Shown here one piece after another: positions 48,801-63,800 of a stretch of DNA of 64,000 nt. Source of the stretch: Takakia lepidozioides (Eukaryota; Plantae; Bryophyta); NCBI GenBank assembly GCA_030704615.1, contig CM060732.1:32984001-33048000 (forward strand), given 5' to 3'. Each line of letters opens with the position of its first letter. Position 1 is the first letter of the stretch. Position numbers and translations under genes: made by a program. The notes below the pieces were generated by a model. The model was not told the origin of the DNA and did no database searches. It saw nothing but the letters and a program-made list of their open reading frames with translations.

Positions 48801-51800
48801 GGTGAAAAAGCATTTGATTTACTGATACCACTTCATCAAAAAACCTCTCTCAGCAATACTGAACATGTCTAATAAATTTATACTAAGGTATAAATGATAG
48901 CAATAGACAGGACTTAAGCTACTTGAAAGCTACAACCTAGCCAGAAATTCGTGTGTTGCAGGTTTCTTGAGCTCAAGGAAATACCAGTTCTCTGATCCAG
49001 TTGATACTGTAAAATAGAGAAAAGCAAGAAAGCTCTTTGTGCCTCCTTGACAAACTCTTCCATGTTTCACCTAGGAATAGCTGCATATAACACATAATCA
49101 AGAGGGTTTTAATATCAGTTGTATGCATGGTCTCTATCTCTGGGAGGGTGCATTGGCAGCATGCTAATGAAAAAGTTTGTCAATTTCAAATTACATACAA
49201 TGTCAATCTGAGTTGACAGCAACACTTCTTAGTGACTATGAAAACCTGCACATACAGGATGCTTGTTCAGCATGTGTGTTTCCTGCAAGCAAACAGGAGC
49301 ACAGGCTCCTACAAGAGCATGAGCAATGAGGAGGTCCTTTGCAGGGAAACAACTCCCTGGAAATGAACCTTTAAGTCCACATTTTTGTTGAATGAATAGC
49401 ATACCTCAGACTTCGGCAAGTACAGAGGACAGCCAAGAAGGGCATCAATCCCTCCTAGAGAGCCTTGATTGGTCTTACGCTCCACCTGAAGGCACATGCT
49501 CATCTTGGTTGACTGCCACTTGGAGACACATGCCTAGCACTAAACATTTACAGGCTTCATTTCTGACACAATGATTACTTACGAGACAACAGTGCAGAGC
49601 AGGAAACCAGCATTCAGCTTTCTTGTACACAACACAATATGAATCACTTGTTACACAATCAAATAGGACCATGCTGTGGGCAAATCAAGCTTCCTCAGCA
49701 CCTAACATCAACAAGTTTGGGGTAAGAAAAAAGAAAACAACTCCACCTGGGCCTTTTTGACATACCGCAGCTAGGAGACGGATGTTAGCTGGTAGGTACA
49801 GCAATGGTTGTAAAGAGCTGCCATCACCAATGATCGAAGTTGGAATACGTTTAACAGAAACGACAGGAAATCTGCCTCTAAACAACAATTTCACTCATGC
49901 AACAAGATGCAGGTTGCTGGTATCTGTAGTCAACTCCTCTCAATCCATGAGCAGTTTAAGCTGATAGTTCATTTACAATGAGACAATCTTCATGGGAATG
50001 GTTAGCAACACCACGGAGCTCTCGGTGTCACATTCATGAGGGAAGCCAAAAATGAAAGAGTATTGTCAGGAGCACTATTAGTGCCAGACTCCGACATCCA
50101 GACCTTTGGCAGTTCAATTGGACGCACAGAAGACTCTAGAACCCTTCGGCCAATTCCCCTTGCCACTTTGCAGACAAATGTTGCAATCACCTGTACCTGC
50201 TGTTTGGCAGCGTAAGCATGGGCAACACATTGAGTATGATGGGCGACACGCTGCCATCAAGGTTCATCCATACCTGCCCTGCACTTCCCCCCTTCCATGA
50301 GTACAAGAGTTGAATATTAAATATACTTACTAGACCAGTAAATATAGAAAACAGAAAATACAGCTTGACATTATATTGAGGCAGAGTGAATATAAGTCTC
50401 CATTGATTGAGGAATGCTACTGGAAGCTTCAGTGTGGCTGGAATTTGCCTGAAGGGAGTGCCATGTTGTAAGATGTACAGCAATATGTCCAACTTCTGTG
50501 GATGTCTATAGTCCATCACAGATTCAAAGAGCACAAGAACCCTATGGCAGGGGTTGTAGCAGGATAACTTGCCTTGAAGGAGTCCACAATCGTCTGGTGA
50601 AACCTGCACCTGTCCCTCTTCAAGATCCCCAAGATACACAGTAGAAAATTCCTCCATTTGAACACTGATCCTGCAACACATGAAGGCTAATGGGTCAACC
50701 ACTGAGCCTGTTTTGGTGTAAAAACATTGAAGGCAACAAGTGCCCTGAAATGGAAATGTAAGATAGCAAGATATGACCTGCGCGGGAGAGATCCAACCAG
50801 CATGTGACACTAGACATCATCCTCTTGCCATCCAAAGTTTTTGTCACTAAATCATATAGGTTCTCACCCACCATTCTATGATCGAAGCATGCAGTGTTAA
50901 GGTTTCCACTTGTGCGGCCAACTCATCATAGAAAAATGCACGGGCTGCTGGTGACATCTTGCAAGAATCCGAAATCATTTGCAGAATTGTCAAGGCCTCC
51001 TTAATGCTTGGTCCCTACACATGCAAAACCAGAAGGAAATGAAATGGTACTTTATAATGGAAAGAAAGATGGTGAGTGCCTGCAGACAGACAAGGAAGAA
51101 TCAGTGCAGAAGAGATCTGTTTGTTTGAGTGATTGAATGATCATTACAGCACCGTATGTCTCAGGGGTCACCCATTCACCTACATAGATGTAACCTGGCT
51201 GGCACCTAACTGTTGAAACAGTAATCAACCACATGCAAAACTCACAAAACAGATCCGCCACCGGAAGACAGTATCCATGGGCACTAATGAATGACAAAGG
51301 CATCGCTGCCCAAGACTTGTGCTTCCATTGACTTGCAGTCAGTCAACGACTTACTAATCCATACTTGAGAAGACTTTCCAACTCCAGGGTGCAGGGGCAC
51401 CACACTGGCCTATAAGTGGTTCTGGTTAGGGGTTGTCCAATCCATGATTTGATACGGAGGTTCAGTGGTCAAAACTTACCAGAACAGGAGATTCATCTTC
51501 ATGTGGTCCACCTTCTTCACTGTTCCCTTGTCCAAAGCAAGAGATCAGTCCTACAGCTCCAATGATCCCCATGCGCTTGTACTTTAAATCTGGATGTGAG
51601 ATCTGTCTCATTGCAGGCACAAGACTGATTAACTTCCACCAGAATATAAAAAGAAAGGCACGCTGCCATAATAAGTCTTGTTCTGCTCCGAGAGTGGGGA
51701 TGGATACAGCAGGCTTCCACAAAAGATTTAATTGGAGCTGCTGATTGCATAGGTGTGAGTCTTTAGTGAAGTGTGAGACTTACGATGACGGTGCTAAGAC

Positions 51801-54800
51801 CTACGAGTTACTGCTCCACCAAGTGAACACATTGTATGTCTTACACACAAAACAGGGCTTACTTGGCCAATGGGTGGTTGGACCCTTCACCCCGAGTTCG
51901 AGTTGATTGGTTACTTCTTTAGTAGCTGTGTGGACTTGATTAGTGCAGAAAAGTGATGATGTATGAAAAAATCTCTCACTGAGGAAACCAAGTTCTACAG
52001 CACCACAAGTGCTTGCTTGAACAAGGTAATGGTATGCCCTACCAGAAAGACCTGGTTGATGACAGGTGCTAATTAGTGATGAACAAAGCTTGCAGGTTTT
52101 ATCTACACATAGAGTATCAAAGAAGTTACAAAACATACTCCACTGTTCACCTATGCCATGCCAAACACCTACACACCGCCTGAAACCTGCCCTTCAGATT
52201 TAAGAAGTGTTTGCCCTTCTGATGTTGTGTACCAACCAGAGACTAGAAGATTGAAATAGGACCTGCTTGCGAACAATCATGAGTAGATCATCAGCAACAG
52301 AGGCACTGCTGGAAGTTCTCCCACTAGACCGCGCCACAAGAGCCATGTGACTGAACACTCTATATACCTGGTGCAATGAAACATGACCATCATTTCAACT
52401 TTGTGAATAACAACTACTCATTCATCAACCAAAATGGATACCTTAACTAGCGAGTTACCGAATATATGCTCATAATACTCGCTCTGCTTTATTTTTTCAG
52501 TATTGTGAATGGAAGTGCCACCACAGCAACAAGTAGCAGGAGGAGTGCTGGCATCAATCTCCTGCTTTCTTAGTATGATGTCAAAATGCAACTCTATGCA
52601 TCAAGACTAGATTCCCGGTAACCAGATTGTTGACACCTGTACCTAGTACTGTGGCAATTTCAGGCTGTCTCAGATACCTTTGCACAGGGCTGAAACCCCA
52701 TGACCAGCTAGGGGGATGGCTCAATCCCGTGTCTCGGCAAATTGTAGCTGACGTAATAGTTTTCTCTTCTTATTCTATATATAACAGACCATCCGGGATA
52801 TTCTCACCAGAGAGGGACCCTCTTCAGGACGATCAAGAACATTGTCTGTTCACCAACTTTAAAAATCTTGAGGCGGAGCCTAAAGCCCTTGCCCTCCTGG
52901 GGTCTAATTTCTGGGCAGCTCACATACCGCAAGTTGATGCTTGTGTGAAGGGCTTTCTACAAAATATCTGGAAAACCTGAACTAATTGTCTTTGTCAAGC
53001 TAAGTCACACCACCAGAGTGAGCCCATCACAAAGGTAGTTTCTTCTCCCTTTGGTTCCGCTCGAACTGGGCCCCGTGGGGTCTACGACTACAAGACTACA
53101 GCAGCCAACGTCTTAAGAGTACATGCTCTAAAACGGATTCCCTTCTTTTCTGGACAAGCTAAGTTTTTCTCTTCTGTGACTGTAGAATTCTGCCCTTCCC
53201 TCTCACTCTGCTCCCACATTAAGCTCAATAAACAAGAGATATTGTCTAGCTTGGTTACCAGTATCTGCACAGATTGGCAAATTGGCTGATGCATCTGAAA
53301 GAAACAGGTGTGCAGTAGCTAGTTTTGGCCAGCCAGGAAAGCAAGCCTTCTTTTTCCACTAACAGTAGAAACGCAGACTTCTCAGCTCTGTCTAACATAA
53401 TATGCTCCAAAGCAACAGACCTTGTTGAGATGAGTGTCTTGAAAGCCCTCCAAATAGTCCAAGATCCCTGCCATGGACAAGCCCATCAATTTATCTTCTA
53501 CAATGAGAAATGATAACATGTCCCCAAGTCTAGCGGGTTGAACAAACAGAGCTGCTCCTGGTGGAACCACCCCACATGAAAAGGGGCAGTTTTGATGCTG
53601 GACAGGAGTGATTGCTTATCTTTAGAAAACACGAGACTAACCATTCATAAAGGATGAGATAGGTAGAAGTTCCCGAGTGTATTCAGTAGCAAGTAACAGC
53701 AGGGTATCCAAGGCCGCCCCAACCTCATGTGAAATCCCTGACCCAGTATGGGTGATCAGAGAGCCTATGACCTGTTCATGCAAAAGATGGTTATTGTCAT
53801 GAAAATCTGCAAAAATGATGCTTAGATCTCCAACTCTCACCAGCCTCCAGGGAATGTACAGAGAAGAGAGAGAAGACTCCGGCGGAAGCCGGCATAGCTA
53901 AGAGCCACTCCACCTTCCAGAGGTGGGCCCTATACCAACAACATAATAATGCATCTTAGTTTCAGGAATGTGCATGAGAATGTTCTAAGTGTTTTAACTC
54001 CTCCCCAAGAGTATAGATTTTCCAAACTAAGAAAACTGCATCCAACCTATGAACAAGGCTCATCATAATATGTCTGTGGGCAATGAACCTAAAAGAAACT
54101 ACTACATCCACACCAAAACAAGGAACCTACCTCCTGCCGATGAAAGCTACTGCCAAACTCCTTAAACAGAAGCACATATGTATGAGTCCCAAAATGATGT
54201 GCGGCCACCTCATTGGACCTCAAGAGAGATTCACTCACTGTAACCAAAGTCTTGAAGTACTCCTGCTCGTAAGATGTGGGTGGCACAGTATTAACACATC
54301 ATGACAGTGCAGTTATCAGTAGGCACTAGGTTGTTATGAATGAATGAATGAATGTAAGTTCTGAACTTCCATCAGAAAGCCATACAAAAAGTTGTGACAA
54401 AAATAATTCAGAATCCTATTAATCCCACATCAGCAGCTACCAGGCCAGGATTGATGCATAACAGCCAGTATTGACAGTGAGGATTATGTTTACTTCCTCT
54501 TAATGGACAATTTAACGTGGTTTACAGATAGACACCTGGCAATTTGCTTGAGTCTGATCATAATGTCCGTAGTGTGCATATCTTGAGAGAAATCACACAG
54601 ATCTGGAGACTGATAACCTGACCTCCTTGTATACATTTGCACGAAACCATATGACCCTACATTCGAGTAAGCTCCGTTGGATCCTTTTGCTATGCAATGA
54701 TGCATATTTCATCCACTTGTCCACTTAGGCCTAGTGCAAGAGAAAACATTACCATTTCCAAAGTGAAAAACGTCTGTTTGTATTTACCTGATGGGACTCC

Positions 54801-57279
54801 GCATGGCCATGTAGACACTGTTGAAGAAGGATCATCTTGATGTCACCACCTACCACTTTCCTCTTGAACAATCTCTCAGAAACCTTGCGGTGCTGGGGCC
54901 CATTGGCATGAATGATGACCAATAGCCAGACATCAACTACCTTGTGGTTTGATTCCCCCTCCAGATTCCGAATCTCTTTCAGAATTGCTTCACAAATCAG
55001 CTGCAAGAAGCGGTTCTCTAAAATATGACAACTCAACAGGACGGGAAAACATAAAAAGAGAGTCAAGTTCTGGAAATCCAGAGCCACAGGTGTATGTTGC
55101 TAATACCAATGGTTTGAAGCATCTGAGATATCACGCAGTTACTGAGCAACCACAGCTTTAAAAGAACATCAAATCCATTTTCATTCAAGTGCATTCTGAC
55201 ATTTACTACTCTTCTTATCGCTCCTTCACTCCAGAGCTTGATGGTCCTGACAATTTTGCTAACAAAGAAACGTTTTTAACTTACATTCTTGAATCGAAGG
55301 CCAGATCGGATGGCATCAAGAATTAGCGTGTCACAGTTGGCGTCAGTTGATTTGCCCTTCTGTTTCCGATCAGGATTGGCTGACCGTACATCCACAAGGC
55401 TAATAAAGTGTAGATGCTCTCGCAGCTGTTGGACAATCTGCCTAACATTTGCATTTGTTGCTGATTGCAGAAGAAATCTCACAACAAGTGGTAGGTCTTC
55501 GGCATCTGCAGTCCGCAAGCTGCCCAGTGCAAGGTTGACAACCTGAATGAAGACCCAACATGCTTGTCTCTTTAAAGATATCCGAATTCACATTTGTTGA
55601 GATTGGAAATATAAACCACTTTCACCCCAACACCCCAACTCTCCTCCCCACTTGGTAGGCACTGTATTCAGACCACTATGTCAAAGCCTTTGCATACTAC
55701 CCCATTGCAGTGCAAAATTGAGAGAGACAGCACCTGCTCATGGAGATCCTCTTCTAAATTGAGATTTGAGAAAACCTCCAGCACAGGTAAAATGAGCTGC
55801 AAATCTTCCTGCAACCACTTGCCAGACATCCCAACCATCGTACTCAATGCCAGTATCAAGCCAGAAGTCCAGAATACTTCATGGATGTCTCCCAGAGCCA
55901 GGGTTGCTCCCCTGGCAATCCTCTTGATGGTTTACATACAGCTATCACAGTGCAGCTCTTCCGTGAGGAAAGGCTGTGGCAAGTGCATATCTCAGTCACA
56001 CAGGTTGTAACAACTAATTTCAGACATTACCGAGAAACGGACCAAGAAAGGGACGAAGAAAAAGGATGTTAATCCACATTTGACAGCAAAACTATGTTGC
56101 CACCATAAACACCATCCCCAAAAACAATTAGACTAGGGATAAACTTGCCTCTAGCATTTGCTCCAAAGCCTGCATCACCATCTCATGCTCCGAATCAACA
56201 ATGACTTCCGGGAGGAACAAGATAATCTCCTTCTTCAAACCAAGAGGACAAATTGAAAGCACCGCTAGTAATTTTTCGGTGAGGCTTTGACTGTCTACCA
56301 GGAAGTCCAGCCAACGAAATTGACTCAGGATGAGCCTGGCTCCAGACCACTCAAATGTTAATAAGCAGAACTTGTCCAATTTGACAAGATTTGTTACATA
56401 TAGAAGATATCACGAATCTGCAGAGAACCCAAACACGAATTATGCATTATTTCGTACAACCTGGGTATGCTGTCCATCAGACCAGCGAGGTTCTCAAGAG
56501 ATTCACGATCACTATCCATAACATGTTCTGGGAGCTTCTCCAGCAAGATGTTGGCCACAGCTGTCTGAATAGAAGCCACGGATAGCAGCACTCTCGCCAG
56601 ACTGTCACAGGAGCGAGTCTCAATACCCCTGCAATTTCCTGCCATGGGCAAGAGCAACCTGCACCAGCCAACTAATGTTGTTTGAAGTTGAAGTACAATT
56701 TCATGATGAAATTGGTCATTTTGGCAAGGCAGTGGGGCTCTTGGGCGACATCCGACCTTGACAGATGCGTCTGAAATTTACAAAAGGCATGTTTGATGTT
56801 TTGCAGAATAGTGAAGTGAAGCAGATATACAACAGTGAGAGATACAAACTAAGGCACAGCTTCAAACAATCCCAATTCCAGTACAACTGAGATTACATTA
56901 ACACCATGAGAAAGTCCAGGAAGAATTCCTTTGATTCCTGAGTAGAGCAGGCTTACTGATGTCAATGCTTCTCTAACAAGGGAGGTTCCAAATTGCCACT
57001 AGATTACCTGTGTAGGTTATCAACATCGGAAATGTGCGACTGCAATCCAGCCAAAAATTCTGCGTGTACAGGTCCTTCGCCTTTGAGTCGAAGGTCTATG
57101 CGTTGCTGCAGATCGCGGGCCACGAGCAAAGGGCCTTCGGGTAGCAACTTGCAGCCAGACTCCGCCAACACTGTGACAAAGGCATCGCACTCCTGCTGCT
57201 GCTCTACACGACGGCGGAGCAAAGATGGCGAGGCAACCGACGCTGCAGAATCTGCGGGCCGCTTGCGCGATGGAGTCAT
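39836..57279 (-). CDS. FANCD2: Fanconi anemia group D2 protein homolog, many exons
   Basis: DSLARVLLSVASIQTAVANILLEKLPEH; ARLILSQFRWLDFLVD...LKKEIILFLPEV; EDLPLVVRFLLQS; ubiquitination-site region DDLLMIVRKQ|ISHPDLKYKRMGIIGAV; C-terminal MERFVFCMKALL...FWMG|NLKHKNLQGHEVSSQ with acidic tail. Internal exon boundaries not all resolved. Confidence 0.93.
45700..46120. mobile_element. Gypsy relic in a FANCD2 intron: gag zinc knuckle (minus) back-to-back with aspartic protease (plus)
   Basis: Minus: EEHLRKGLCFNCHKPGHRSADCP. Plus: IDTGSTHNMLSKSFADKLGL...YDCILGMQWL. Confidence 0.75.
46260..46540 (+). mobile_element. Interspersed repeat, probable non-LTR (LINE) 3' fragment, copy A
   Basis: LFTNFESLEAEPKAQALL...FWANHTQQIDACVKGFLEDIWKT, homologous to 52840-53125. 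Confidence 0.55.
52680..53125 (+). mobile_element. Interspersed repeat, probable non-LTR (LINE) 3' fragment, copy B
   Basis: DDQEHCLFTNFKNLEAEPKALALLGSNFWAAHIPQVDACVKGFLQNIWKT. The acidic-x-x-H-x-LF segment resembles the LINE ORF2 C-terminal zinc region. Confidence 0.55.
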
Positions 57280-58163
57280 GTCATGAATATCTTTTGCGAG
57301 GCCACCATGAAGAAGAGAACGAAGAATTTTAACACGAGTCCGCTGGAAACTCAAAGAGACTACGGCACAGTAGAGTGGAGACAGCCTGTGTGTGTCTGTG
57401 TGTGTCTAGGGGCAATGAGGAAAACTCTGTGAGCTGAGAGAAGACACTGATGAAACAGGGGGAGCATTGGCAAGTAAAATGAGAGGAACAACCGAGCGGG
57501 AGTATGTCTTGACAAGCAATGAGCAATCAAGTGAGACGAAATGTCCACAAGAGAGAGAGACTGTGCGAGCAAGACTGCTGTTCCCGCGCAATGCACGAGA
57601 CGGATATTTCGTTTTTCGTTCATTCAAAGTGTTTTTTTTCTGTTTCTGTGTAGCTAGGGGCTGGCACCCAGCCTACACTGCAACAGACAAATATGATTGA
57701 TGAAGCACACATTTCCATTGCAACTTGATGGTGGACAGCCTCACTTGTTGTTTGTTATCCCTTTTCTGGAATCAGATTCACAGACTTTAAGGGCTGGCAA
57801 TCCTGCATGAGGATAAGAATGAGGAAGAAGATATTGATCTGCATTCTCTTCTGATTACTAGCCTGCTTGATCTTGTGCAATACTCTTGCTGGGTAGAGCA
57901 CATTGGCTCTACATTCGGAAGGATCCTTGAAACCTACCTACCTGCATCTTGGATGTTCTATAGGAGGGACCTATATAAGTTGCAGTTTCTCCATGAAATA
58001 TAGAGAGAGTTGGAATTTTATAGCACCATAGAGAAGTACAAATCTGTATCACAATACCATCGTCATGAAATGATCGTGCCTCTCTATGGAAAATAACTAG
58101 CAGATTAGATTATGTTTTAATCAAATCAGGAGTAAACAACTGTGTCCAATCTTGTGGGGGACT

Positions 58164-60883
58164 TCAAGGAGCCTTGGATTTGACAAGTTCACAGCCATGT
58201 CTGGTAAGACGTGCCTTCTGACCATCAGAGATGCCTGATGACGGCAGCACCAACTTCCTCAGGGATGGACGACAGAATACCATCCATGCCAAGGCATCGT
58301 TGGTAATGCCTTGGCAGTCCCTCAGGCACAAGTGCTTCAATCCCTTGCATTCTTCCATCACCTGTTTCAGGCCTACATCGGTCACCTTCACAATACATAA
58401 AACAAGGTTCAGCTTTTAAGATGACTGTACAGTATTCAAAGACTGCCATGACAATTCCCAACGCATCAACTTGACAGCAGAATTATCCATCTACATGCTG
58501 CCTATCAGTACCGATATTCATAGGATCTATACCACACCTTCAGGCATAAAATGCCTCTCAAAAAGTTATCATGCAAACTATCCACAAGACCAGTCAAATG
58601 AACCCCATTATGTGGGCACCATTTGCAATCAGGTGGGTCAGTCAAGTTCTCCAGATTGTCCATGCCAAAAAATCAATAGTTGCGAGGCTGTTGTGAGTAC
58701 TACAATGTCAAACAAAAGGCTGGCAAAAGGGTAACCTCTATGAGCTATCCTCCAAACACGCCACTGTAGAAAAATGTCGATAGGAACCTGGATGATAAAC
58801 ATTAGTGCGAGTGCCAGAAACCAAAGCTGCACGGCAGAATAAATAGCAGATAAACTGACCTTTACACACCCCTCCAGCCCCAGGCTCACCACACTTCTGC
58901 AACTTTTGCTCAATGTTGCAAGTCCCATATCAGTAAACCCTGATGCCTCTAGCTCCAAATGCTCCAGATATTTGAATCCACCTGGAGCACCCAGGCTGTG
59001 CACCTTCTTACATCCTTTCAGATACAGTTCCCGCAAGTGAGAGCACCCTTTGCCAACTGCAGTTAGACCATTATCAGTCACCAGCAAACAGTGGCTGACA
59101 TCAAGAGAAACAAGAGACGGGCAGAGCCTTCCTATCCACTGCAAAGTCATGTCTCCAACAGGCTTGTTCCACGCAACTTTAAGCCTTTGAATCTGGAAAC
59201 GTGGCTGCGGGGATCGAAGACAAGCAGTTACCCATCCTAGCCCGGTGCCCTCCATATCTAGCTGCTCCAAATGGACGCAATTATGCAAGACATAGAAAAA
59301 ACTCATATCGGTAAGCATGGAGCAGTAGTTTAATCGCAGAAATACTAAGTTCGGAAAGCTGTTGACCATGATGACCGTGTCTTCATCTCGCAAACAGTGG
59401 GCCCCCTCCAAGTCTAGGTGCATGAGGTGCGGACACCCTTTTGCCAGCTTCAAAAGCCCTGAAGAAGTCAATCCTTTGCAGCAAGCCAATACCAATTTCT
59501 TGAGTGGTAGGCCGCTTTCTGCCAACCGTCCCAGTACCTCATCCGTCACAATGGTGTGTGAGAGATTAAGAGAGAACAACCCTTTTGTACTACTGATGAC
59601 ACCCTCAATCCCCAAGGGAGTTACTTGTGCCCCATTCACTGCCAACATCCCAAGCTTCCGACAATGTGAAGCCAAGTAGCTCAGACCTCTATCGGTTACA
59701 TACGGGCAGTCAAATACTGTCAGATCTGTCAGATCTCGACAACCCAAGGCCAGGGCTTCCATGGAAACATCTGAAAGCATGTAGTGGCCTGAAATGTTGA
59801 GGGACCTGAGATTGACCAGCATAGCTGCCATAGCCTCCACACCAGCATCTGTGAGAATGCCTGAGGAAAGAGTGGGGTCCAGGGCATAAGAGGGCCTGGA
59901 ACGAAAACCGTGCTGCGGGTAGCTCATGTCTAGCTCTTCAAGTGATGGAAAAGCTGCGGCAATTGCAACGAGGTCTGAGTCTTGCCAAACCTGAATCCAT
60001 GTTAATTCGAAGTCAAAGTGATTGTCAAAAATCAGATTTCCACTGTGCTAACACTCTGGCAAGGGATTGGGCAGCCTGCTGAAAGTTCTCTGCATGATGG
60101 TTTCAAAGTATGCTCCTGGGGCTTTGTAGTACAAAAGTTTCCTACCTTGCTTTATGCCGGTCTGTCATCACCAGACTTATCATTGTCACTTGAGCATGAT
60201 GTCACAATAAATCTGTGTAATTCGTGAGCCTCCACCTATGAGCCTGTGAGCGAACGCTGTGAGTCTATGAGCCTGTGCTCACTATTTTGGGTGAATCATG
60301 AGCCTGAGCTCATGGATTTCACGCTCACTTGCTCATGGGCTCATGAATCCTGCTCATGGTTTAGTTTCTCTTGTTATCAGAGACAAAACCAGGTATGACT
60401 ACGTGACAGGGTCAGCAAAGACTATTGAAAGCACAGGCATAAACATGCGGAAACATGAAGCTCCCAGGGATTAGCACTAACCTGAAACTTTGCACAGTTA
60501 AGCCTTCGCAGATATCTCCCGCAACAGTGCCCCAAAATCCTTATTGCCTCCAAGTGTAGCCCTTTCTGTCCTTGCAAGCACAGTGACTGCAGCCGTGGAG
60601 CTGACTGAGCTATGGCAAGAAGTGGGCGTCCCAAATTTCCATGGAATGAACTGAGGTCAATTGCCCTTAACCCTTGAAACCTCTGTAAAATTCGGGGAAG
60701 ACCACCTGGGAGATGTGTACAAGTACAGCTGATGCTGATAGATGGCCTCAAGCGATTTGAAAGGAGCAGAAATCGTCGGCATGTGAGAGATATTGCCTCC
60801 CACTGACTGGCCTTCGTGAAATAAGTGAACACCAACCCCCAACACTCTTCGGGCAGCTCAAACTCAATTGCTTGCTCCACCAT
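58164..60883 (-). CDS. F-box/LRR-repeat protein (cysteine-containing LRRs), 3 exons
   Basis: F-box ELPEECWGLVF...AISLTCRRF. Repeated LxxLxLxxCxxlTD units in 58638-59927 and 58164-58391. Exons about 60883-60481, 59990-58858 and 58385-58164. Confidence 0.9.
60190..60360. repeat. Small foldback element of TGAGC/GCTCA motifs in F-box intron 1 (MITE-like)
   Basis: Mostly TGAGC repeats on the left half, mirrored by GCTCA(TG) repeats on the right half. Confidence 0.4.
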
Positions 60884-63800
60884 GTCTCTCCCCCTCTTTC
60901 AATAAATATTCTGTGTGTAGAGCCACCTAAGTATTTTTGTATGTCTTACAGACTACTGAAAGCATGAGAATGTCAAAAAAATTGTGATGGAAAGACATTT
61001 TTTCTGTCAAACTTATAACCCTGCCTTTTTCTCCCCTCAGTAATATAGACACTCTGTTTCGGTTCTCAGGAAGAAACGCCTTCCAGTTAGAGGCTTTCCT
61101 CCAGGGCCTCTTAGACTTCTCTCTGCTGTACACTTGAGATGATACTTTACTTGACCAGACCACCCCCACGAGTCAAAGTGGCATGCACAGAGGAGCCCCT
61201 ATGTTTTTATCTTACCTCTTGTCCAACTCTGAAGTCTTCAAATATTATATGACAATATGGGTGCATATTATATCTAATTTGACATTGCTCCATGTACGCA
61301 CACGCATGGCTCAAAGGTAACTGTGGAGCAAGGATAGTTGATTGTTGCACACCCTTGCGCTTTCTCTTCCACCTGTGACTTCATTTCAATATATCTCCTA
61401 GAACTCCATCGGCCATTGTGCGGGCATTTGGCTCGGCAAAACCCATTCCGCTCACTCTGAGATGCCCATTATTGAGTTGGCTCTTCACTAGCTGCTGATG
61501 TGGGTACCCCTGCTAGCCAGAGACGAACAATTCGCCAATACCACATAACTAACAAGGCATTCTTGCATTAATCAGCTACCATGTTTTAGAATGATTTCCA
61601 CATCTGTAACCAAATGCCCTTCCAGACCTAGTTAAGACAAACAACAATATGTGTTCAAGGGACAAGGTCATTTGATAGCTGGTGCTGTAAGGTATCATGC
61701 TGCACACCTCGAGCCACACTGCTTTCCTAATGTACATTGAAGTTCATGGAGCTCACGGCATCATGCTTCCAAACTGGTAGCAGTTTGTAGTATCAAGACT
61801 TTATCCCCAACACAACCGTGCACCCTGTCTCTTCCCACTTTTATTCCCCTAACTTTCCTCTGTCGAGTTCCAGCCCAAACTGGGTGTGGGGTCTATGCCC
61901 ACAAAGCTACAGCAAACAATGTCTCCTGAGCACACATTCTCATACTTTCTGCAATACACGACATAGGGACTTGAGACTAGTATACTCAACTAAAAAAGTT
62001 GGAGCAACATTTTGCAACAGGCCCAACAATTTCGTGCTGCTAAATACATCCTCTTCACTCTGAAAATGGCTGTAACAGGGAGGGAGCACCAACTCGTATC
62101 TGAATGAATCAACTTTCAATGAAGTGTGCTGTTGGTGATACATATTATTGTGGATACATACACGCACTACAACAACAACTGAGAACTGCACAATATGCAT
62201 ACAGAAGAGAAAGAGGGAGGCTTTATTATTCAAACACCCAATTTTTTCAATCTTAAGAATCTCTGGAGTTATGCATAACCGCAGATAATGTCTTTTGCAA
62301 AATTGAGGATTGAGATGTAACCATGAGGCTGACACACAACTATACTGCTGATTTCACCTTTGAACTGGACCACAGGAAAGCACCTATATGTCACTTCCTG
62401 GCACACACATCACAGCATGACTTTTCTCCGTACAGTCGGGCACAAAGAGAGGTTTCATTCGTTGGCAGATGATTATGATACTCATTAAAAATGACATACT
62501 GTTAAGATGTACTTGACCTTATGTCAAATCTCAACAAATAGTGTCAATGCCTATGGCTGTAATGAGTAAAGAAGGCCTATAGGATTCACTAGTTTAACTT
62601 TGGCAGCTGAATAAAAGTTGCCCTCTGCCAGAGTCTGGAGCCCATCAGTCACAAACAGATGGGACACTAGCTGGATTGAAATGATTGACAGTACAAGATA
62701 CAACCTTTTGTAAGTATTGACTTTGATGACCCCTCCTCATAGGAATCACCACATTTGCCTAGCAGGCCTGGAAAAGGTCCAACATCTGGCTGGCCTTATG
62801 CCATAGATCACATCAGCAATGCGGATTAATGGCTTGGTGGCCTTTCCTCACACGACGCCACATTCTGGCCTACCTCAGAACACATAAAGCTCTATTTCCA
62901 CTTCCGTTCCACCACCATGGCATAAACTGAAGTGAGGTAGACAGCATAACGATCAACCAAAACCCGGAAAACTCGACCTGTAGAAAGCTGCCTGCTATCT
63001 GTCAACGAAGCATTCCCCCAAGATCCTGAAGATCCTGGGAAGGGTGCCGGTGCTCTTGTTGGTGAACATCAATAAAAACCCGGGTACAATTCTCAAGAGA
63101 CCTCCATTTGAAACCTAGTAATACTTGTTCCAAGGTGAAAGTCGAATTCTTGCCTTGCCCACTTGGAACTGCCAATAGATGTTGCCTTCCATCGTCTCTC
63201 GAGCAGCTCCCATGTGCAACCTTTGAACCACCAACTCCTTTGCCAGCCTTGGCACCCTCTACAAACCATGCTACAGTTGTCAAAGTGATTGCCCAATAAA
63301 AGAAAACAAACACGCAGCGCTAATGCTTGATGGAGGCCTCAAACATCGAGTATGATAATGATTCTTCAAACTACGGTAGTGACTTCAAACTTCAAACCTC
63401 GACTTCGAACTCTAAATTCTTTGTGCAGTACCTCTAAAAATGGTTACAGCTTGCATGGCAATTGGCTGTACAAAGACACTATTGACACCTAACAATGAGT
63501 TACCGACCACGTATCCCATACTCTGTGACACACGTGTCCTGCTGTTATCAGGCAAGACACAGTTTCACTCACTAGTATCGCCAAGCACCTATGCCATCCG
63601 CTCAAAGAGGTTTGCGATCGCTCACAGATTTGAAAACAGGCATGCACCCTGGGAGAGACTGGCAGACATCCCTCCAACACTTCACAACCAGGGCAATTTC
63701 GCAATCGGCTTCTCATGACCCACCAGCCACATCGAATGTTGGAGGAAATCTGCATCAAATGCACACCGCTATCCTCTCCCGATTGTTCGTCCAGCGCGCA

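Noticed and set aside
51850-51915. A-box/B-box-like motifs suggesting a tRNA or SINE
   Set aside because: No cloverleaf and no second copy in the window; too weak to call.
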